Assembly: GCA_965372795.1 (NCBI GenBank)
Contig: CBDVDR010000007.1
Location: forward strand, 1 to 64,000
Reading direction: 5' to 3'
Length of the DNA stretch: 64,000 nucleotides
DNA from: an uncultured bacterium
GTDB taxonomy: Bacteria; Zixibacteria; MSB-5A5; GN15; FEB-12
Shown here: piece after piece, positions 56,376 to 64,000 of the stretch
Numbering within the stretch: position 1 is the first letter of the stretch
How the letters are laid out: every line of letters begins with the position of its first letter
Notes under the pieces: model-generated
What the model saw: only the letters and a program-made list of their open reading frames with translations
What the model was told of the DNA's origin: nothing
The model's database searches: none
Position numbers and translations under genes: made by a program

Positions 56376-58727
56376 CTACGGAATATACGGGATAGCACCC
56401 ATGTCATTTCGCGAATTATCAGGGTCGTTATACATCGGATCAGGGTCACCTGTATTTATGCAGGGTGATAAAGGTTGCAGTCCATAATCAAACAGCATAG
56501 GATCGTCAAACAGTGGATCTGAAATGATATTCCCCACTCCGGCAGTTGCTCCACCATACGGACTCGGGCTGTCCCAGATGCAGTTGTACCTGAGTCTATC
56601 CGGATTGTAGACACCTTTTATTGCAGCGATTGTACCACCCACAATAATATTATTGAATACCTGAGGGGTGCCATTAACTGTTGAAATGCCTATTCGACCG
56701 GGACTTATAATAGTGTTGTTGTGGATGCTCGCAGTATAACCCAAGTCAACTCTGATTTCCCCGTAAGCATAATTGTTATATATCAAATTATAGCTGATCG
56801 TCACACCGTGACCAAAATCAAGAAGCACAGCACCGCCATAACCAACCGGTAAACTTTGATTATCATAGATTATATTGCGTGTTACGATAGAGTAATTACA
56901 ATTGGATATAGTAACACCACCTCCGTAGTGATGATCCGAACTGGAATTATTATGCATGATATTCCCTTCAATTCGTACCGTTGTCGCACGACAATAAATC
57001 CCTGAAAGACCGCCTCCGGAGATGTCAAATCCTTCAATCACCGAACCGACCGGTTCAAGACTATTCAAACTTATGACCGGCAGGGTGTTGTCAGAGGCTA
57101 CCAAAAATGTCTCATACGGACCGTTCTCACTAAGAAGAATAAGTTGTTTGCGAATGAAATTTATTGTCTCTACATACGTTCCCGGCGCTACAAGAATAGT
57201 ATCCCCGTCAAAGGCGTCGTTAATAGCCGACTGGATGGTCGAATACTGGGATGGCACTCTCCTTGGCGCTGGTCGGTATGAAGGACATACCGGAAGATCG
57301 GCACCGTTTAAGAACAAATAACTCACCAAATAAGTAACATCACTAATATTTACTTTGTCATCGGAACTGCCATTGACATTGGCTTCTTCCAAACAGCATA
57401 TGTCATCACCATTCAAATACAACCATTCAATAAGCCTGGTCAGATCAGAAATAGTAACATCTTCCTGATCATCACAGTTAACATTACCGGTGAAGTCTTC
57501 GCAACAACTTGCACAAACATCTCCAGTACCGTCTCCTTCAGAGTCAAGCTGGTCGGGATTGAAATCCTCAGGACAGTTATCAATCGGGCAGGTTGAAGCC
57601 AAAAAGCCCGGGTCACCAAATCCATCACCGTCCGTATCGGTACACTCGTCACATTCATCACCGATTCCGTCGTTATCAGCGTCACTTTGAGAGTTATTAG
57701 CTATCTCCGGACAGTTATCACAAATATCACCTCTACCGTCATTGTCAATATCCTCCTGCAGAGGGTTAGTCTGGTCGGGACAATTATCGCAGGCATCACC
57801 AAAATCATCTGAATCTGAATTTGTCTGGTTGCTGTTAAATGAATCGGGACAGTTATCACACAGATCGCCATTGCCATCATTGTCAATATCGTTCTGAGAC
57901 GGGTTTGAATCGGCGGGGCAGTTATCACAAACATCTCCATACTCATCACCGTCACTGTCGCTCTGTGATGGATTAGCATCTTCGGGACAGTTGTCGCATA
58001 GATCGCCATACCCATCTATATCACCATCAGTTTGTGCATTATTTGAATTTTCCGGACAGTTATCGCACAGATCGCCAATATTATCAAAATCGATATCAGC
58101 TTGGTCGGGGTTATAGTCGTTCTGGCAGTTGTCACACATTCCGGCAAACCCATCTCCATCCGGGTCGCTTTGTCCGGCACACTTGTCAATCAAAAAACAG
58201 TGCGGTCCGTCCCAATCAGGGTTAACATCTCCAGTATTAGTTGACCAGGTCCAGTTTCCCGCCGGAGGATAATGGCTCGAATCAAGACATATCTGCTTAT
58301 CGTGAAAGATAGTATCAATAGGGCCAACCGAAATCGTGTAAACAATTTCGTTGAATCCATCAGGAATGCCCGTTTCGAATATTAGAAATCCGCCAAACCC
58401 AATCGTATCCGCTCCAATTCCATCATTACTGAATTCATTTATGAAAGTCTGAGTATACATTTCGGATGTTATGACACCCGTCTCAGTCGCCGTCGTAGCA
58501 CTCCATTGAGCATCGTCCGGGGAGTAAACTCTGAAGCCAATTGTATGACCCTTGATGTTCTCACCAGAATTATTGATCATTCGGATGTGGAAAGCGATTG
58601 TTTCATTAGTGCCAACATGATCTCCCGCGTATGAACCATCGACATGATCAAGTGACATCCAGTTTTGAGCGGCAAGGCTCACAGAGAGACTAAGCATAAG
58701 CATGGTAGATAAAATTAAGCGAATCAT
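56376..58727 (-). CDS. Secreted modular protein: TSP type-3 repeats, dockerin-like module, beta-helix domain
   Basis: Repeated D.DGD..GD.CDNCP...N..Q; CCEDFTGNVNCD...ISDL; VPSQYSTIQSAI...VAPGTY.E; SPCINTGDP...DMGA. Start MIRLIL after GGAGG. Confidence 0.85.
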   Translation of the reverse strand: MIRLILSTMLMLSLSVSLAAQNWMSLDHVDGSYAGDHVGTNETIAFHIRMINNSGENIKGHTIGFRVYSPDDAQWSATTATETGVITSEMYTQTFINEFSNDGIGADTIGFGGFLIFETGIPDGFNEIVYTISVGPIDTIFHDKQICLDSSHYPPAGNWTWSTNTGDVNPDWDGPHCFLIDKCAGQSDPDGDGFAGMCDNCQNDYNPDQADIDFDNIGDLCDNCPENSNNAQTDGDIDGYGDLCDNCPEDANPSQSDSDGDEYGDVCDNCPADSNPSQNDIDNDGNGDLCDNCPDSFNSNQTNSDSDDFGDACDNCPDQTNPLQEDIDNDGRGDICDNCPEIANNSQSDADNDGIGDECDECTDTDGDGFGDPGFLASTCPIDNCPEDFNPDQLDSEGDGTGDVCASCCEDFTGNVNCDDQEDVTISDLTRLIEWLYLNGDDICCLEEANVNGSSDDKVNISDVTYLVSYLFLNGADLPVCPSYRPAPRRVPSQYSTIQSAINDAFDGDTILVAPGTYVETINFIRKQLILLSENGPYETFLVASDNTLPVISLNSLEPVGSVIEGFDISGGGLSGIYCRATTVRIEGNIMHNNSSSDHHYGGGVTISNCNYSIVTRNIIYDNQSLPVGYGGAVLLDFGHGVTISYNLIYNNYAYGEIRVDLGYTASIHNNTIISPGRIGISTVNGTPQVFNNIIVGGTIAAIKGVYNPDRLRYNCIWDSPSPYGGATAGVGNIISDPLFDDPMLFDYGLQPLSPCINTGDPDPMYNDPDNSRNDMGAIPYIP

Positions 58728-59010
58728 AAAGCATCCTCCACGAAACATAACTGATTTCATTATAATCGTACAGCTATCCCGGGTTTTACATATACAAGTT
58801 TTAAAAATTCAGTTTATCCCTTACTATAATTTTAAATATATATAAATATCTACGAATGAGCAATAATTTTATCGTTCCCAAAATAGCAAATCTATTTTTT
58901 TTCAAACAACAATAAAAATTTTCAACGACCCATATAAATCCAATTTAATTCACTTCTTTCAAAATTGTTCAGTTGTTAAAAGTCAGAGCTTATCGAGATA
59001 GAAGCGACCT

Positions 59011-59127
59011 TCACCGAAGTTGTAATTTGGTTTCCAACATGAACGATGTGCATGCCGATGCGTTCAGGGTCAAAATAATTGACAACAGTAGTGCTAATCC
59101 TAACCAGTAATTTATTCTTTTGCTCAC
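59011..59127 (-). pseudogene. Remnant N-terminus of a secreted Ntn-hydrolase-like gene
   Basis: GTG start, MSKRINYWLGLALLLSIILTLNASA|CTSFMLETKLQLR*: signal peptide plus N-terminal CTSF. Confidence 0.4.
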
Positions 59128-59494
59128 AAATACAACCTTTCGAATTATATAAATACACTTAGATATATTTATTCACTCCTTTATATGGACCTGCAAGACT
59201 CTTATAAGTTGCCAGCTGCAATTTCAATATTCCAAGGAAGTTTAAATTGCTCATTAATCTTTGACTGCATCGGCTGTTTATGATCTCTCTAACCCCCTAC
59301 GTACAACAAACTTAAAGATTTCGATTGACAAAATTTAAAAAATCCCTATAATAGTCGGGCTTTTAGTATTTTCCGGGCAGTTAAAATTCTGTTCGGATTT
59401 TTTTCTGCCAGATAATTCCTGAAAGTTTAATTGGTAGATTTTTTTGAAATTTATTTTAAGCAGGTTTTCTGCTCTTTGAAAGGTGTATTTTTTA

Positions 59495-61408
59495 ATGACT
59501 GATATCGCTAATATCCGAAACCTCGCAATTGTTGCTCATATTGATCACGGTAAAACTACTCTCATTGATTCTGTCTTCAAAGCTACCCAGACTTTCCGCG
59601 ATAATCAGGAAGTTGCCGAACGTCTCATGGACAACAACGTAATAGAACGTGAACGCGGTATTACTATTCGTTCAAAACATTGCACCGTATCATGGAAAAA
59701 TAACCTGATCAATATTATTGATACTCCCGGTCATGCCGATTTCTCAGGTGAAGTGGAACGGGTCCTTTCGATGGTTGACTCGGTTTTATTGTTAGTCGAT
59801 GCTAATGAAGGTCCGATGCCACAGACTCGTTATGTACTTATGCGCGCCTTGAAACTTGGACTTCGCCCGATTGTCATTGTCAATAAAGTTGACCGCCCGA
59901 ACGCCCGCCCTGATTATGCCTTGAATAAAACATTTGATCTCTTTATCGAATTAGGTGCCACTGACGAACAGGCGCATTTCCCGGTACTATACGGCTCCGG
60001 TTTAGATGGCTGGTTTGTAAATGATTTGGACAAAAAAGAACCTAAAGGGATGGATGCCCTCTTTCAGACAATCATTGATGAAGTTCCTCCGCCACAGGTC
60101 AATAAGGATGGTGAATTTTTAATGCAGGTCAGTTCGCTCGATTGGAATGACTATATCGGACAAATCGGATGCGGACGAGTATTAAGCGGGTCGTTGAAAA
60201 AAGGTGAAGAGTTCACCCGCATGGTTACCAGATTGAAAGATCCGACCTCTAAGGATAAAGATTGGGAATTTGTTTCATCTTCAAAAGCTAAGGGTATCCA
60301 CATGTGGATCACTCGCGGATTGACACGGGTTGAAACTGATAAAGTTTCTGCCGGAGATATTGTCTGGTTAGCCGGACCTTCTGAAATCGGAATCGGTGAT
60401 ACATTCTCAAAAAATGAAGACCCAAAAGAAGCATTAAAACCGCTTGAAATTGAAGAACCAACTCTTTCAATGTTTTTCTTAGTCAACAATGGTCCATTCT
60501 CAGGACAGGACGGCACAGCGATTATGCTTCGTCAGTTAAAAGATCGTCTCGAAAGAGAACTTCGCGTCAATGTTGCGCTTCGGATGGAAGATATCGGTCG
60601 CCCCGATGGTGTCAAAGTTTCAGGTCGCGGTGAACTTCATCTGGCTATCTTAATTGAAGAGATGCGTCGTGAAGGTCTTGAGTTCTGTATCTCCCGCCCG
60701 GAAGTTATCACTCAGATAGATGAAAACGACAATGTTTTAGAACCGATGGAACAGCTTATTATTGATGTTCCGGAAATACATCAGGGCATCATCATTGAAA
60801 AACTTGCCAAACGTAAAGGCGAGTTGACTACGGTTGAAAATCATGGCACCAAAACAATCCGCATCGAATTTGAAATCCCAACCCGTGGTTTAATCGGATA
60901 TCGCTCCGAGTTTTTGACTGACACTCGTGGTCTGGGTATTATGGCTTCCCGTTTTGTAGGCTATGGTTCCTGGCGCGGTGATATTATTTCCAGAAACAAA
61001 GGTTCCGTTGTTAGTATTGAAAAAGGTATTGCCACCGCTTATGCTATTGAAGGGCTTCAGGAACGGTCAGCTATTTTTATTGAACCAACAGAAAAAATAT
61101 ATAACGGTCAGATCATTGGCGAAAATTCCAGAAATATGGATATGACCTGCAACCCGACCAAAAAGAAAAGTCTGACCAACCACCGGTCTTCGACAAAAGA
61201 TATCGGCGTCAAACTTGATGTTCCGCGCAAGATGACTTTGGAACAGGCGATGGAATGGATCCGCGATGATGAACTGGTTGAGGTCACCCCAAAAACTATT
61301 CGGATGCGTAAAACAATTTTGGATTTTGATGATCGCCGTCGTGCCGAGAAAAAACAGATGGCTCTGGATGAAAGCACCAACAGTTTACATTCCCGCCCGG
61401 CTGTGTAG
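59495..61408 (+). CDS. typA: Translational GTPase TypA/BipA
   Basis: [59 protein letters not shown]. Confidence 0.96.
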   Translation: MTDIANIRNLAIVAHIDHGKTTLIDSVFKATQTFRDNQEVAERLMDNNVIERERGITIRSKHCTVSWKNNLINIIDTPGHADFSGEVERVLSMVDSVLLLVDANEGPMPQTRYVLMRALKLGLRPIVIVNKVDRPNARPDYALNKTFDLFIELGATDEQAHFPVLYGSGLDGWFVNDLDKKEPKGMDALFQTIIDEVPPPQVNKDGEFLMQVSSLDWNDYIGQIGCGRVLSGSLKKGEEFTRMVTRLKDPTSKDKDWEFVSSSKAKGIHMWITRGLTRVETDKVSAGDIVWLAGPSEIGIGDTFSKNEDPKEALKPLEIEEPTLSMFFLVNNGPFSGQDGTAIMLRQLKDRLERELRVNVALRMEDIGRPDGVKVSGRGELHLAILIEEMRREGLEFCISRPEVITQIDENDNVLEPMEQLIIDVPEIHQGIIIEKLAKRKGELTTVENHGTKTIRIEFEIPTRGLIGYRSEFLTDTRGLGIMASRFVGYGSWRGDIISRNKGSVVSIEKGIATAYAIEGLQERSAIFIEPTEKIYNGQIIGENSRNMDMTCNPTKKKSLTNHRSSTKDIGVKLDVPRKMTLEQAMEWIRDDELVEVTPKTIRMRKTILDFDDRRRAEKKQMALDESTNSLHSRPAV

Positions 61409-61752
61409 CACCCTTCGGGTGTTTTTCTCTGGCGACACACATATAGAGTTTATTTTTCCATAAAAAAGGATTCGTTTCTTCACTTCTGCAGAGCCTCATA
61501 AAGATGCCGCTCTTTTTGCATTAAAAGAACTTGGAAATTATTATTTGGTGACCGCACAAAATCAGAGATCTAAGCAAATATAAAACGAGGGATTGATCTT
61601 GGCATGGATCAACGTTTTGTTGATTCGTTAAGGCAAAACTCTCCATTGTTGGGATTATAAATCCTGAATTGTCAATTCTCTGGGAGTCATGCTCTACTTA
61701 GCTGCTTCTTAATTTAGAAAAAGTGCCAAACTTAAGTAAAACCCAAATACAG

Positions 61753-62235
61753 TTAGCTCATTAAAATTTCCTCTTCACAGCATTCATCAGAACCAGACCG
61801 AAATTTTACCAACTGATAACTAAGATTCGGATTGAGTTGCTTGACCATCGCATCCATAAATTTTAGCGAACCTTTCCGGCATAGTGTCTCTTTGGTTTCG
61901 TTATCAATACCCACTGATTGAGCTGCGTCGTAAACAGGGCACCGGGAACAACGGACCACCATCCTTTTTGGGCTTTTCTCGATAACCTCCGAAGTAATCC
62001 CAAAAGCATCCTTAATCGAATGGAGTGCCACCATAGTCGCGGTACTGATATCAATATCCTTATCGCCAAATTGTTCCTTTATCCTTCTTCCGTTCGCATC
62101 GCCCATCATCTCATTGACCTTGACACTCAGATCAATGGCATGCTCCATACCGATCTCCTGACTAACCAAGTTCAAATAGGCATAGAAGAAGGTTAATCCG
62201 TTCCGGGCTCCTTCCAATATTTCTTCAGTTGCCAT
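61753..62235 (-). CDS. ATC-hydrolase/4VR-like small ligand-binding protein
   Basis: RCSRCPVY...LC...G..CC.E.I pattern; AAGGA RBS. Confidence 0.55.
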   Translation of the reverse strand: MATEEILEGARNGLTFFYAYLNLVSQEIGMEHAIDLSVKVNEMMGDANGRRIKEQFGDKDIDISTATMVALHSIKDAFGITSEVIEKSPKRMVVRCSRCPVYDAAQSVGIDNETKETLCRKGSLKFMDAMVKQLNPNLSYQLVKFRSGSDECCEEEILMS

Positions 62236-63091
62236 TTTGTTGATTCCTTTCTTTTAAGATTAGGGTTGCCGATCAATCAAGATTTCCCGGTTATTAATAT
62301 TTGAATGAGCAAAGCTCATTGAATTGACAATAATTCTCTGGTTTTTCTGAGTGATTACTCGAATGAAGACATAATTAACGACGTGTTGCTATTGCCAGTT
62401 GTTCTTAAATTGAATCTGGACAGACTCTCGTTATCTATCCTCATAGAAGGCTGTATCTATTAGAAACTTGGATTGAGTGGGCTCACATCCATTCTCGATA
62501 AATATACCGATAATGGCATTATTGTCAAGGGATTAGCTGAAATTGTCATGAGCACAGGACTTCTGACCAACTCAAGAATTCTACTCCCAAATTCCACACT
62601 AAAACTTTGGTGATTAAGAAATGAAAAATATCTATAGAGAAAGGAGCCAACATGTCTAAAATCGTACACCATACACTCAAAAAGACAGAAAATGTAAAAC
62701 ATGAATTTCTACAAACATTAAAAATAACAAAACGAACCCATTTCGTTGTAAGAACTTATTACCATATGAGGTTACAGCAAATTTTATAGTAAAGTAAATG
62801 TTTGATTTTGATAAATTTTAAAATAAATAAACCCGAACATACTACGCCAGAGAAAAACACACGAAGTGTGCGAACCCAATTCGTTGTATTCATAAACGTC
62901 AGAAAGAGTTACGCCGAATTTTTAAGGTTTTATAAAACCTTGCAATAAAAGTAGTTATACCTCAAAAAAGACAGGTTCACAGGGATCCTGCCCTACTTAA
63001 CTTTAGGTTGCATGGTGGGTATCATATACCTTTATTTAAAGTGTAAAACATTGCTCTTTCTGAGTTTTGTTATCTTTTCAAAGGAGATATC

Positions 63092-64000
63092 ATGAAAAGA
63101 ACGATTATTGTTAGTTTAGCGATTTGCTTCATGGCAGTAATAGCTTGGAGTGAAGATCAACCATTAAACCTTAAAGAATCCGAAGGCTTCATTGATGTTA
63201 CCGGTGGAAAGGTCTGGTGTCGGATTGTCGGAGATGGAGCGCGAACACCGCTGTTAGTCTTACATGGCGGTCCGGGTGTATCAAGTAACTATCTGAAACC
63301 GCTGGAGGCTCTGGGAACAGACCGTATAGTAATTTTCTATGATCAACTCGGCGGCGGCAAATCACCTGGTCCTTCTGACACTACCTTATGGACTATAGAA
63401 CATTTTGTCGAGGAAATTTCTCAGGTACGCGAGGCTTTGGGTTTGAAAGAAGTCCATCTGTACGGACACTCCTGGGGTACAATGTTAGCGGTGGATTATC
63501 TTCTCACTCGCCCTACCGGTGTAAAAAGTCTTGTTCTGGCGAGTCCCTTTCTTAGTGCTCCTCGCGGGATTCACGATGCCGACAGCCTGCTGGGTACACT
63601 GCCGGATTCATTGCAAACGGTAATCAGACATCACGAACAAGAAAGAACAACAGCATCCCCTGAATATCAGTCGGCCTTAATGGTCTACTATGGTACTTAC
63701 TTTGCACGTCGACAACCCTGGTCCGATGAATTAAACAATGCCTTTGCTGAATTGAACCAAGCCTTATATGGATATATGTGGGGACCCAGCGAGTTCACTG
63801 TTACAGGGATACTCAGCGATTATGATCAAACTAACCGCCTCGGCGAAATCACCACACCAACCCTGTTGACAGCAGGACAATTCGATTATTGCGTCCCTGC
63901 AACAATCAAATATTATCAAAGTTTGATTCCCAACTCAGAGGTTGTCATACTTGAGAATTGCGCCCATTTGACAATGCAAGATGATCCGGTCGCCGATATA
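63092..64000 (+). CDS. 3'-partial proline iminopeptidase-family alpha/beta hydrolase with signal peptide
   Basis: AGGAG RBS; LHGGPG, FYDQLGGG.S, GHSWG nucleophile, MWGPSEF; runs off the window end and is absent from the ORF track. Confidence 0.88.
   Translation, partial: MKRTIIVSLAICFMAVIAWSEDQPLNLKESEGFIDVTGGKVWCRIVGDGARTPLLVLHGGPGVSSNYLKPLEALGTDRIVIFYDQLGGGKSPGPSDTTLWTIEHFVEEISQVREALGLKEVHLYGHSWGTMLAVDYLLTRPTGVKSLVLASPFLSAPRGIHDADSLLGTLPDSLQTVIRHHEQERTTASPEYQSALMVYYGTYFARRQPWSDELNNAFAELNQALYGYMWGPSEFTVTGILSDYDQTNRLGEITTPTLLTAGQFDYCVPATIKYYQSLIPNSEVVILENCAHLTMQDDPVADI

Noticed and set aside
1882..62702. Many short antisense or alternate-frame ORFs in the track (e.g. 1882-2367, 14812-15201, 37464-37755, 49596-50155, 60151-60516, 62460-62702)
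   Set aside because: They shadow well-supported genes or regulatory DNA and lack RBS or family motifs.

Overview
AT-rich bacterial chromosome segment. Secreted proteins carry 'CC..GD/N.N.D...DISDL..L...F..G..P..C' dockerin-like modules, which suggests Candidatus Zixibacteria or a related FCB-group lineage (inference). 1-33.7 kb is mostly core genome: nnr, lon, ychF, nfo, an ALS-like/ALDH pair, minor pilins, sppA, a TrmH methylase, patatin-Omp85, an ars operon, two PPIases, hprK and a PDZ protein. At 33900 a tRNA-Asn(GTT) anchors a composite island of about 20 kb (33.97-54.36 kb). Four downstream copies of the tRNA-end core GGGGAGCTT, each with att-like arms, cut it into four segments. Segment A is an integrative rolling-circle element: a large serine recombinase reading antisense into the tRNA, an ImmA/ImmR/Cro-like switch, two SpoVG-like genes, an HUH Rep with a phiX174-like nick site, and a TIR-TIR-KGGVGR-ATPase candidate defence cargo with premature stops. 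Segments B-D have no integrase: a single-gene cassette, a sigma54 two-component/ABC-efflux block, and a DUF4382 lipoprotein cassette. Each att copy encodes an alternative recombinase C-terminal tail, and the three internal copies share a core-IHF-like box-displaced arm layout, suggesting a serine-recombinase-driven cassette array. The window ends with DUF4153, a TSP3/dockerin/beta-helix protein, typA and a partial proline iminopeptidase. All family calls come from motif recognition by eye; no searches were run.
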